Of a DNA stretch of 64,000 bases, positions 50,691-63,046 are shown piece after piece (position 1 is the first letter of the stretch; every line of letters begins with the position of its first letter). The notes under the pieces were generated by a model that was not told the origin of the DNA, did not search any database, and saw only the letters and a program-made list of their open reading frames with translations. Made by a program: the position numbers and the translations under genes. This DNA is from Sphagnum compactum. Taxonomy: Eukaryota. The stretch covers positions 24,604,213-24,668,212 of the forward strand of contig OZ234493.1 in NCBI GenBank assembly GCA_965153455.1. The letters are read 5' to 3'.

Positions 50691-50939
50691 AAATAAAGTT
50701 CAAGGTTACTTTCAATTTGCACAACAACAATTTGAAATTATTAAAAATAAAATAGGGTCCAAATTATATTCATAAGTGAATAAATAATGAATCTAACAAT
50801 TATAAACAATATTGACCATTAATTAGTTCAACAAGGCACTTACAAGTTTAAAATGGCCAAATGTTTTTGCATTGTAATTAGATTGAATAGTAGTCACAAT
50901 GTGTGAGGGTGGAAAAGGACAAGATTTCTTCTTGCGGAA

Positions 50940-51400
50940 GGAAACGACCATTCCTAAAACAAACACATAAGAAGAAAAAAACGACCATCATCAAAATGAA
51001 TGCATCAAAAGAAATAAATGACCATCATCAAGTACAACAAACAAGAAGACAACCATCACTAGGGTTAACACATTAAAAGGAAATGACCATCATTAAGAAC
51101 AACAAATAAAAAGAAAAAAATGACTTTTTTTAAGGTGTACACATCAAAAGAAAGAAACATCATTAAGAAAAAAAGGAAATGACCATCATTAAGTACAACA
51201 AACAAGAAAAAAATAAATGAGCATCATCAAGTACAACAACGAGAAAAAGGAGACGACCGTCACCAAGGCCAATGCATTAGAAGTAAGAGACAACCAGGGC
51301 AAACAATTGAAATAAGGAGACAACCACCATTTAGAAAAACATATTAAAAAAAAAGATGGCCATCATTAGGAACAATAGATGAAAAAAAGGAAATGACCAT
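50940..51400. repeat. Degenerate A-rich minisatellite, 35-45 bp period
   Basis: About 10 copies of (AAAT)GACCATCA(T/C)(C/T)AAG followed by A-rich linkers. The same motif occurs at 47730-47860. Confidence 0.75.
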
Positions 51401-53082
51401 CGGTCTTTGTCATGCTATGCCATCTGCATCGCACACAATAATGTTTAAGATGCTAATAACTTGCAAATCAAAAGAAGGAAACGAACATTGTTAACGCCAA
51501 AGAAGGGGGGCTAGTGCTACTTACTACCGAATGCTTGAGAAGCTTGAAAGGGACATTTCATAACTAGGGTTGTAATAACAAAAGTTCAATGTAGTTGGTA
51601 GCCTAGTTGAAGGTAGTTTAATTTAAAGTATGTAATTCAAATGACAATGCAATAGTTAAAAGCATGAGGTGTTGAATGTAGTAGGAGCATGAGGAAACCA
51701 TTGCAACAGTAGCAACATTAGGAAATGAAGGAGATCAATGTTTGGTGGTGGCGCCCATCTTTGTAAGAAATTTAAGATACCATAAACATCACAAACCCCT
51801 TCACCATTGATCTAAACCCTTAAAAAATCCAATCGAATTTTCCAATTGTGAATGAAAATTGAATAGGATTCCATGTGGTACTAGCTTGGCACTGAAATTT
51901 TTGATAATCATCATGACTTATCTGACTTTACCTTTGTACAAATATTTGATTAAATTTAGCATTATTTTCATCTTTATGCTCCATTAAGTCTTAGGCTTCT
52001 AGAGGTTAATGAAGTTTGGCAAAAAACTTTTACAAGGCCAATAAGAATTTCCTTGTCAAGTGTGTGAACCCAATTTGAGTGCCCAAAACTAACTGAAGTA
52101 GTTTCCTTAACATATCAACCGACACTTTATTGCAAAACAGGTTTGGTTGGCAGTGTATTGTTAGTTCCTGTTTTTCTGCTCAACTTACCATAAACTGTTC
52201 TTAGTTTTGTTGAGTGGTCACCTAATCAATTATTAGATGGTTTGAGTCATGATCTGCATGTACCACATGTCAGGTTTGTTGTTTTGCTTGGAATCAAAAG
52301 AGTGGAATGATATGTTTGTTTACTTCGCTTCAAATTGCTGGAGTGGAATGATATGTTTGTTGCTTCACTTCGAATTGCAAGAGTGGAATGATTTCATGGG
52401 CTGCGCATAAGTACTATGGGTAGTCCACTAGTCATCTATAGGCATTGCACTATCATTCTGCATCTAAGCCCTAAACCCATTAAGCCTAAACCACTCAAAC
52501 GCAACTGTGTGTTGAGTGTGTTTTCCTGAGATGACTGCAAAATGGTCAAGGAAAGCTCCAACTACATCCACACATGAAATTTCCAAAACTGCAGCATAGA
52601 GAGTTAATCCCAATGCTCAAACATGCTCAAGATTGACACCTGGAAAGGAAAACTGTAAGAATGGGGAAGAAGAAGAAGGAACACACCACTGAAAGCAAAT
52701 GAAACCTTCACTGAAGCTTGCAAACTCAAATGTACATAACTAGTGCCTCAAGGACAAAGAATGGTTGTAACCATAACAGGCACCACAGAGTATATTATAA
52801 ACGGCACCACATGAAAGTGATGTACACCACCTTTCTCCTTCAGCTCTGCAGCATTTGACATTGCAGGAACCCGGGATGAAAACAAAGAGAACAGTAAGGG
52901 TGTCTTGAGTACTCTGCTGCCTAAGTATCCAATGCACTATTTGAAAGGCAAATTTTTTTATTGCAGAAAGCAGCTTGAAGCCAGATAATACTACACTTTA
53001 AAATACTGAAGATATACGTATTGAGACAGTGGCTGAGATCTAGCAGAGAACAGATCTGAAGGTTAAGACCTAGGGCTTGATG

Positions 53083-55111
53083 CTAATCCAACATTTTACT
53101 GAGTCGGTTAAGGGTGAGGGTTGCCATTCGATGACCAGGCTCAATTTTTAAGACTTTCTTCAAGTCTGACACACTTAGCTTATATTTCTCCATACTCTCA
53201 TATAAGTGTGCCCGCTGCATTAGTTTCTCGACACTTCCTTCATCCATCTCACATGCCTGTACCCAAATCACCAGGCACACCCAACACAAGCATCACATGA
53301 GATACATGTACAGACCTGTGTACATACAGCTTATTGCACTGCAGACAATAAGTATATGGAGCTGTTCAGAATCCAGACAGTAACTGGGAATACTTAAACC
53401 ATTGTGCTGGCGAGGACATGAACAAAGATCAAAGGAAGCCTAGCATGCTTGAACAGAGAAAAAACACATTCACAGAAAAAGAGAGAGACAGGGAGAGATG
53501 TATGGGGAGAACAAAAAACACATGGAAGAGGATGAAGGATGTGAAGCTAAAGAAAAGTAACACACAGAGATGGCCTGATGTTAGTGTGATAGTCTCTTAA
53601 GAGTATTTTTTTCCTGATAAAATCCACTCTATAACTGGACAACAGGTTTTCATGTAGTAGAATAGTGACAATACCATGGTGCAATCAGCAAGAGCCTTCT
53701 TGTATTCACCAATCTCTTTATAGCAGGAAACCCGGCAAGTGATTACTTCAGAAAGAGTAGCATTGTTCACCCCCTCTTTCTGCAGCAGCTCCATCGCCCA
53801 GGAAAGCCACTTTATGGCGTTTGGGAACTGCCCTTCCTTGTAAAAGGTGTTGCCTTTCTGGTATGCTGCACTCCCAGTCACACCTGCAGGAGGGGGACCA
53901 AGATCTTCCAACTCTGTCGTAACACCTTCATTCTCAAAAGAGTTGCTGTTTGCAGCAGCACCAAAAACCTCACCCCATCCATCATGGACTGGATCACTGG
54001 TTTTTACAATTGAAGGTGCCTGAGAACTTGAGAGCATTGCTTCAAGTGGGTCCTCATGGGCTCTAGACACTGGGGATTTGCCAGAACCAAACAATGTTGA
54101 AAACTGGTCAATGCCTGAGGCTGCAGGTCTAGAACTTGAAGCTCTAGATGATTGTGGTTGGGCTTTAGTTTGTGAGTTACTGGCAAACACAAATGGATCC
54201 ACAGAAGGGGCAAATGGATCAGTCTTTGGACCTGAGGCACCAATAGGACCAGACTTGGGCTTTGAGAATGAGAGACCTGCAAAGGGATCCACCTTTGATT
54301 GGGACTTTGCACCCATAGAGAAAGGTTCTGGAGAGGCCTGTTTAGCAGGTGGCGGGTTATTGAACATGGCTGTGTATGAAAAAGATGATCTTCCTGAGGA
54401 AACAGCAGGTGGAGCTGGTGTCTTCTTAGCAGTCTCTGCACGACTCTCTGGGAGTGACGATTTCAAGTTGCCCACTCCATGTAGGCCTGATGGTGCTGAG
54501 TTCTGTTGCTTTAGAGGCCCAGATGATCGTCCTAAAGCACCCCCCAGCAGATCCCCAAACACATCCTCCTTACTTGAAGTAGCTATACCTGAAATTCCAG
54601 TTACTGATTTAGATGTTGGAATCTGTCCCCAACTCCTGCCTGTAAGATCCACCCCTTTTGATTGGGGTTGTGACTGCCCAAAAACCCCACCTGTGCCATA
54701 AAGGTTACCGGCTACAGATTTTGGATTGCTATAAAAGCCATCTCCAGTCCCAGTTGACGTGACTCCACCCGCATTCGGACGACCAAGAAATTCATGTGTA
54801 CTTGCAACACCAGTAGGTTTGGACTGACTTGGCATACCACTACCATATAAATTAGGTTTAGATGCCCCTGGCTGAGATTGGCTCGAAAACTCAAACCTCT
54901 GGTCTGATCTTTGTGTTTGGCTTGGCCCCAAGCCACTTGAGGATGCTGACCAACCTGCAGGTGCCTGAGATGAAGTATTTGTGGGTTGTTTTTTCTGATC
55001 TCTTAAGCTCCCAGTTGATTGTGGTTTTGATAGACCTGGTCCAAGTTCAAAATCAAACTGGTAATTGTTCAATGGTGCTGCTGCCTGTTGCAGATTCTCC
55101 GCTCGCCTCAT
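53083..55111 (-). CDS. TPR-domain protein with a long Ser/Gly/Pro-rich disordered N-terminus, about 536 aa, 2 coding exons
   Basis: Exons 55111-53675 (ATG|GT donor) and 53256-53083 (CAG|G acceptor), phase 0. Three C-terminal TPRs: AAYQKGNTFYKEGQFPNAIKWLSWA, CRVSCYKEIGEYKKALADCT and LMQRAHLYESMEKYKLSVSDLKKVLKIEPGH. N-terminal NYQFD and LGPPPAGVT resemble the At3g16760-type plant family from memory. Probable 5'UTR intron at 56404-55123. Confidence 0.9.
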
Positions 55112-57031
55112 GATTGCAGAACCTGCAAACCACACTCTTCAGTACAAGATTAAGAGATAGAAATGCATGCCTGTCATTTAACAAATCTCTACACATAGAG
55201 ACCTATAGGAAGGCAGTTGTAACCTCAAAAATCACTCTTCCCAGCAAAAGATCATGGACACAAACTATACTCCACACGCTAATGTAATTGGAGAATCCCT
55301 AATTGCTGTCTGCACACCCAAAAAGAGCTTAACAATGCATTTACTTCTGCCCTAAACACCAGAGGGAAATGTGTATCAATCCTGGGTCACGTATCAGTTT
55401 CAATCTGGAAAATGTGTAACATCCAATCTGACCACATCACTTTGTTTGATGTTTCCAACAGGGAAAAGAACAGAGAGATGATGCCAATGTCAGCGGTTCT
55501 TCAACAACATATGCCCATTGCTTGAAAATGTCCTCTCACACATTGGCATCCTATCTCAATGTTTATTATCCACGATTAACTTCCTCAATCTTGGATGTAT
55601 CTATCTGTGAGAGACAACTACATAGTAACACTTATAAGGCAACCATCGTGTGAAAAAACATGGCAACGAATGAGTGTGGTCGTAACCTTATAAATGTTCC
55701 TCAAAAGTATCCTACCATCACCCTCAACATGAATAGCAGTGACTACCTGTTATGACTCCCCACTGACTGCATCCAGTCTTATGGTGGGCACATGTCTATA
55801 TAATAATCTGCACAAAAAATCTGGCAAAAAAATATAAAAAATTTGTGTCATGAGTTTCTGTCCCATTTCCAGAGGCAACAGGAAGACTCAGATGAGATGT
55901 TGGCAAGCACTCAAGAGGTAGAGTGGATAAAAACCTGTGAATAGGATCCTCCTTCAAGCTGCAGCAAGCTTGTGAGGGTAAAATACAGTTCATTTTAGCT
56001 TGCCCCTTTACAAGCAAGCATCTAAAGCCTCAAATCTTGGACAGCGGATCCAAAGGAAGCAAGAAAATATCTCTCACAGATTGATGAACAAAACAACAAG
56101 AATCATTACAAGATGCCAAAAAGCAAATCAATTAGGTCATCTTCTTTCCTCACCCAACTGCAACACTCTCCTGGCCATTTTCTCAAACAACTGCAGAAAA
56201 ATGCAAATCTCAGAAGAATCCAAAGGAATAGAACAACCCAATGGAAAATCCTTCAAAACAACAGCAAACCAACTGCAGCATGGATAGGAAAACTTCCCCA
56301 ACCCAGATCTAAGTTTCTTTACAGATCTATAGGGGAAAAAAAATGATGCAGAAAAAATCAAACCAACAGACTCAACATCACCATTCACAACACCGGTCCG
56401 TTACCTCTACATCAAATCCTTCAGAATAAAGTTCCAATACTACACACCACAACACAGAAAACCGGACCTCTCAACCCCAGGTATGGAACCCTAAACCTAA
56501 GCACTGAGCTCAAGGTGTCATTTTCGTCCATCTTCCGAGACGAAGGGAAGCAAACCAAACTAAATCACAAAAAACCCCCTCACCCAAACACAACACACAT
56601 ACACACAAACACAGATGTCATCCCAACAAAATGCACAGAACCCAAGCAGACAGCTTTGAGACCCAAAACAGAAGCAATAACTGGGCCAGATTGCGAAAAG
56701 GAAAGAAAACACCCAAGTACCAGCTCAGTTCCAGTTGAAAGCTCCCACTCTTCCTCCTCCTCTCCCAGAAGTTTGATCTGCAACTCTTGCGATTTCAAAT
56801 CTCTTCTATGGACCTTGTCCAAGAAGCGTGGAGTGAAAGGGGCTGGAAGAGATCCGTCGCAGAAAACCAAACCCTAGTTTGCGCTTGCTTGCTGGCTTCC
56901 AGGCTCTTCCGCCACCACTGCCTTTTTCCCCGGTTTTCCCGTCAAATTTACCAAAAAGATAGAATTCAATCTTACCATTCCCATAGATTTCAAGTTCACA
57001 GATACCCGACAAGCATTTAGTGTGCCTACAC

Positions 57032-57332
57032 ATGTGTTGGGCGGTTATCTCATTTTTTATGAAGAACCTCCGGTTCCGGTTCTAACAAATGAATTACAAG
57101 GGTTCTAGTTCCGGATATCAGGGATCTAGTTCAAGGTCTACAAACTTGGGGGAAAAAAAAAAACTGAATTCCAATTCCAGGTTAACTCAAATTGGAACCA
57201 GTGGTTAACCCCCAGTTAACCTCTAGTTAGCCCTTGATTATAATTTTTTCAAAAAAAAAATCTCAAATATTCTGGTGCTGGTTTTGGTTCCAAAATTAAA
57301 TTTACCAAGAATCTAATACCCGCCCAACACAG
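57032..57332. mobile_element. Non-autonomous TIR element (hAT-like MITE)
   Basis: Inverted ends TGTGTTGGGCGGTTAT / ATACCCGCCCAACACA, with internal GGTTC(C)/GGAACC subterminal motifs. The TSD is degenerate. Confidence 0.65.
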
Positions 57333-57831
57333 GTGTATATACCTAGTAATGCGAGGTATTTATTGACTTTACAGGGTATGGTGATATCTGATGGATATCA
57401 ACCTTGTACCCAACAACTTACTTTATCAAACATTTAAGGACAACCAAAAACAGGGCATGAAACACAAGACAGGCTTTTGCCCCCTACTATCCCCTCTTTC
57501 AGTGGCGTCGGCAAAGTAAGGAGATTTTATTAATCTGGGTATGAAATGCTGAAACTCAGCATTTAATGCACAACGTTCGAAAGTAATTATACTAGTTGTA
57601 CAGGTACGAGCAGTGAAAATATATGTAGCAGCAGCAGTGGAGGCGCTCAGGAAAAAGGAAACACAAGATGAAACTCAGTTTACCACAAAAATTGGTGGAA
57701 AAACTAGTTTGGGTCCCAGTTATTTCCTTTGGTAAAAACAAATTTCATTCCCAGTTACGCGTTCGATGCACTATTATGCCGAAACTGGCCCTTCTCGCCC
57801 CCCTATTCGCCTGACTTTTTCGATAACTCTA

Positions 57832-59134
57832 TCTATATATATAATATCGGTGGTTTTGTCCTTGGGTGGTCGTCCTTTAGGGGTCGAAGTGCAGTGACGA
57901 CTTTAGGTGACAAAACCCAGTTTTGGTCCCCCTTTTGTTTTCTGTGGACTGGAGTTATCCAGAAAGTCACCCTGTCTTTCGGCCTACTTCCACTCCCTAT
58001 CCTCTCTTTCAGTGGTATCCGCAAAGAAGGGAAATTCACAATGGCAAAGTTTTGTGTAGGTCCCCAGGAGGAGAAGAGAGGTGGAATGGGGTATTCTTGC
58101 AATGAAATGAGGGGCCCAACATGAGGCGGTGATGGCTAAGTGGCATGGGACCCTTGAGTATGCTCGCTCATGCCTTTCACCTAGCATAAAGAATTGGATA
58201 AGTTTTCTTAAATAGATTACACATTACAAACCATGTTCAAAGCATCATCATTTCGTCAATCTCTTCACACATTTTTTTCTTTTTTTCTCTTTTAAAAAAA
58301 TTATAAATTAATATATTTATTTATTTATTTATCGAGAAACAAATGAAAAACTCCATTGCAAAAATAAAACCATTACATCTCCTATTATGATTTTGATTCC
58401 ATTGGGGAAAAAAAATGGAAGAAAAAAAATCAAAGTTGACCTCAAAAATCACCGGCAAAAGTTGTATTAGTACTACCCAATTTTTTATTCAAGACATTTA
58501 CTATATGCATCTAGGTGATGTTTTTTTTTTCACAATGAACCAATTTGATTGGCCCATCACACAAAAAAATGAAACTATGGAAGCTCCCCAAGATAGAAGG
58601 TTCTCCAACTATTTTGAAGTATTGAGTTCCTCCCCTTTGGCCCACCCATATGGGTGAAAGGAGGACAACAATTTGCCAAAGCATATGGGATTAAAGTGAG
58701 ATGCTATGGAGAATATGTTGGGGAATACATTGGGAACTTGGGCAACATATTGGAAACCCATTGAGAACTTAAAAGGAACACATTGGGAATGAGAGAAAAA
58801 TGAAAAAAAAAATCCTTCTAGCTCCCAGCAAAGCCTTGGGTGGGCACCTAATAGCAATTTAATTCAGTTTCCATGGCCACAAGGCATTTCACTCCTTCAA
58901 AATGGTCCATTCTGTGAAGCAGAAGGCCCCATGCCAGATTTTGCTGGACTCCACAGAGGGATGTAACCCCAAGGTAAGTGGGTAACTGAAGCACCTAGGT
59001 GGCACACGCCTGTGCATCCGTCCCGATGACGATCACCGTTGCTAAAGATAAAAGTTTCAAAAAAACTAAAACATGGACAAAGTTTAAAGAAACAGGGGAC
59101 TCCATTGTGTCCGAAGGTCACGAGTACCCACTAG
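57832..59134 (+). mobile_element. Non-autonomous Helitron, unit 1
   Basis: 5' end A|TCTATATATATAATATC...TCCTTGGGTGGTCGTCC. 3' end has the hairpin GTGTCCGAAGGTCAC, then 9 nt, then CTAG. No TSD. Confidence 0.75.
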
Positions 59135-59405
59135 TCTACTTATATAATATCCTTGGGTGGTCGTCCTTTCCATCCATCCGTCCCGTCATCCGTTGTCATC
59201 CGTCCCCTCATCCGTCCCCATGACGGCCACCGGTGCCCGCTAAGTGGACTCGCTAAGGTTATCGCTTGCCTCCAAAGAGACAAATAGCTGGGGCTACTGT
59301 GTCCACATTCAGAACGTGTGGTTCTGCCCTGTTGCTTTACCCGCTCTTGCGCCTCTTCTTTCTGTGAGAAGAAAACCTTGGCATGCTCAAGAGAGTGGTT
59401 GAGGA

Positions 59406-59818
59406 TGAGGGAGGCTGAGGCTGCTGCTTCTCCTCCTAAGCGTCTTCGTCTCTCTATCAAGCGTCATTGGTCGAGTCTCCCTCCCCCGATTCCCCAAGAT
59501 CCCGGTGATATCTCGGCAACCTCTGCTATTGACCATTTGAGCGATGGATCATCAAGGAGGAAGTCCTTGGCTGCGATCTCGCAGCACAGGCCTTCTTCTT
59601 CTCCTTCGACTGCGAGAGGAGAACCAGTAGACAATGCTGGAGACGTATATCGTACTGCAGATAAATCTGTAGCAGCTTCGCCCTTGAGCTTAGATGTATT
59701 TACAGCCGGGAGCTTGGCTGCCGAGGAAATCTGCTTATTACGTCGATGTTCTTCCTCAGCTTCAGATTCCGAACCCTCAGAAGTTGCTGCTGCAGGTACT
59801 GTTCCAAGCTCAGGCAAG
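59406..59818 (+). CDS. Putative exon or gene fragment inside Helitron unit 2 (Ser/Pro-rich, basic PPKRLRL patch)
   Basis: Open frame MREAEAAASPPKRLRLSIKRHW...GTVPSSGK ending at AAG|GT. GC-richer than its flanks. No family recognised. Confidence 0.35.
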
Positions 59819-60554
59819 GTTCCAATCCTTCTTCTCTTTGGCTAATTCGGTACTAAGCCAAGTAGATCTCTCAAAGTCTCAGACTTATAGACTTTTTTCT
59901 CTTTTGATTTCAATAGATGCAGCACTGTAGCAGCAGTCAGTGAATGCAAGGAGTGGAATTTGTGAAGCTGGTGAGATATGGATCTAGAGATAGCCTGACG
60001 ATTGACTTGGGCATGGCAGAAGCAGAGGGGAAAAAGGAGAAAGACGAAGACTTTTTGGTACAGTGTTCACAACGCCTTCCATCAGAGTCAGAGGCGGCAG
60101 AAGCTGTAGTAGTAGGAGAAGGAGCAGGAGGATGGCGGATTGCAGTGTTTTGGTAGTGACACAGAAGAAGAAGATGAGGAACAGCAGCAGTCTAGATTGT
60201 TGTTGTTGTTGTTGTTTTGCAGGTGGTTGTGATGATGCTGCTGGACGACGCTATGATGGAAGATCAGTTGGGGATGGTGATCGAGGAGGAACATAGGAGG
60301 TTATGTTGGAGATGATGGTTATCGATGATGGCAGGCAGCGAGAGGATGCGCATTGCGAGGAAATCAGTCACCAATTTTCGTCTTTGTCCGTCATCACCGC
60401 CTTTCTTCTTCTTCCTCCTCCGCCTCCTCCTCCTCCTCCTCCTCCTGCTCCTGATGCCGCTGCTGCGGCCGGCCACGGGATGTTGGGACAAGTACATAGA
60501 GCGTGTCATGTTCCTGTTGGCAGAAACTGCATCCTCGCATCATGATGGTGATGA

Positions 60555-60596
60555 TGATCATGCTTCTTCTGCAACCAACCAGGGGAGAGCTTCATA

Positions 60597-60629
<33 letters not shown>

Positions 60630-60900
60630 CAGAAGGATGCAGATGATGATGTTTCTTCTGCAACACAGTAGAGCTTCATCATCATCATCATCATGAGGGC
60701 TTCTTCTGATGCTTCTTCTGCAACACAGGGGAGCTTTATGCTGATGATGAGTGAGGCTTCTTCTTATGCTTCTTCTGCAACACAGAGAGCTTCATGATGA
60801 TGATGATGATGATGATGAGGGCTTCTTCTGATGCTTCTTATGCAACACAGGGGGCCTCTTGAGGCTGATGCTTCTTCTGTAACATAGGGGAGCTTCATGC
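60555..60900. repeat. Tandem units GCTTCTTCTGCAACACAGGGGAGCTTCA with variable (TGA)n/(TCA)n linkers
   Basis: About 6 copies, at about 60562, 60651, 60711, 60768, 60833 and 60870, separated by trinucleotide tracts of differing length and orientation. Confidence 0.85.
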
Positions 60901-61012
60901 ACATGCATGTCTATGTGAGTTTTATATCCATGATTGCATCTGTGTTTATATGGTTTCTCATTTGCTTCTTTTGTTTGCATTTGTATGACCATCTGTGTCT
61001 GCATTGTGCAAG

Positions 61013-61046
<34 letters not shown>

Positions 61047-61468
61047 CAGTGCATGTATTTTGCATTCCTTCTGTTCAAGCTTTCTTCCTGTAGGCATGTG
61101 CAATGCAATTGCATTTCAATCAACAAACAGCATCTGGATCTGTATCAAAATTACTGCTCAAGTTATCCACTTTGGTAGTGATGGCAACAATCCTGTTAGT
61201 TTCTGAACATAGTAACGAGATCCAGAGGTTCTCAACAATCTTAGATCAGTTGTGGTGTCGTCCTTGCTGCTACTGCTGTGTACATAAGCTTCAGGTGTCT
61301 ACCCCTTTGAAATTATGTGAGCGCTTTGAATTTGCAGACACAGTTTTAGGAGCATTGCTGTTCTACTACCTGTACAAACACACTCATCACCAGAATGAAG
61401 ACATGGATCACAAAGGGCATTCTCTTCCCAATGCAGCAGCTGCTCCAAAAGTTTTTGTAAGAACAAGA

Positions 61469-61523
<55 letters not shown>

Positions 61524-63046
61524 TTTGACACTAACACTTGAATACTGATGCCAATGAATTTCTCATGATGCCTTACACCCTGTTGATGATGATGATACTT
61601 GAATACTTCCTGTGATCTCAAAACAATATACAAAGGAAAGCTGTTGCAGACTCCAGAGCATTGGAGAAGTTTGTTCCTTTTGTTCTAGGTCAGTATGTAC
61701 CTACCGCAGTCAGCCATGTTGCTTGAAGCTTTCTTTCCAATTTTTTATTGCTTTGCTTCAAGCTCTCACATACATCAATCTATGAATGTGGTAACTGAAG
61801 CTTCATAATTCAGTAGAGCAAAACTCCTGACATTGTACAAACTTTCTTCTTTAGACATGTATTTGACAGCAGTGGCAAAAGCTTCATCTTTCTGGGAAAG
61901 ACAAATGGAATGAAGGGTTTTGATTCACACCCAATCTTGCACGCACACATGCACAATGCATACCACAGTGCTGTCAGAGAATACTTGGAAGTCAAACCAT
62001 AAACAAACATAAAAAAAAAAAAAAAGTAAGGAATGGAAACAAATGAAACAAGGAAAGGGAAATAAAGTAAAAAATTTACAAAATGAAGAAACCAAATAAA
62101 GAGTCAAAAATTTTAAAAATAAAACTTATAATAATGAAGAAAAGCCCTACTTGAAAAAGAATGAGATGTATCTTCTTTCTCCAAACTTCAAACTTGCATC
62201 CAAATAAACAAAAATATAAAAGTGAAAAAGAAACACTTTATTTTTATTATACAAAATAATAATAAAAACAAAAAACACATTCAAAAAAAGAGAAAGATAA
62301 AAGTTTCTAAAAAATAATTAAAACATGAACCAAGTTTAAAGAGACCGGGGGACTTCACAGTGCCCGAAGGTCACAGGTACCCACTAGTTGATTAAAAATA
62401 AACACAATTTTTTCCCAAAGAGCTCTCTATTCAACCTCAATGCACAAGTGACATCAAACTTGTGATGTAAATTTTTATTATCAATTTCTAAGATGTAATT
62501 CGACAAAATTTGAAGATGAAGTGATTTAAGCAATTTTCAATTGCCAAATTTGTTTTAAAAAACAAAGTAAATTTTCACTTATTCCTACATTTGGTTTCAA
62601 TGTGTAGTAAGACATATAGAAAGGTGATTAAAGATTTGTATTCCATATTTGGTTTATTGCCAAAATTTGATCAAATCTTCCTAAAGATGATGGCCATTTT
62701 CTACATCTTCTTCACATGGGTGATCATCACTTTGGTTGTAAACAAAAATTCATAATATCATTATGAAGTTTCTTATGAAGAAATTTGGGGCAAAAAACTT
62801 CAAAAGATTATCAATATTGGCAAGTATGTAGATTGTAATCTATTACCCAAGGTCCTAATAAAGGTGAGCGAGTTTTTTAAAATTTAAATGTATTAGGTGG
62901 ATAAAGGATTTTAGGTTTTGACAAACTTCCAAGTCAGGCTAGAGGAATATGTTCTTTGCAATTTCCATCAATTTGAAGAAGGTAAATGACCATGTTTAAT
63001 TTGATTCACACAATGTGAGTTGAATTTCCTTACCATTTATTTTAAA

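Larger units (their letters stand above)
59135..62387 (+). mobile_element. Non-autonomous Helitron, unit 2, carrying gene-like cargo
   Basis: 5' end TCTACTTATATAATATCCTTGGGTGGTCGTCC directly abuts the CTAG of unit 1. 3' end is the hairpin GTGCCCGAAGGTCAC + AGGTACCCA + CTAG|T. Confidence 0.72.

Noticed and set aside
54078..54701. 207-aa plus-strand ORF
   Set aside because: It is the antisense shadow of the large TPR-gene exon.
56421..56531. 36-codon upstream ORF in the putative TPR gene leader
   Set aside because: Leader exon structure cannot be fixed from sequence, the ATG may be intronic, and there is no conservation evidence.
60088..61633. Many short ORFs with homopolymeric amino-acid runs on both strands
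   Set aside because: They arise from trinucleotide and dinucleotide microsatellites and are not individually credible genes.
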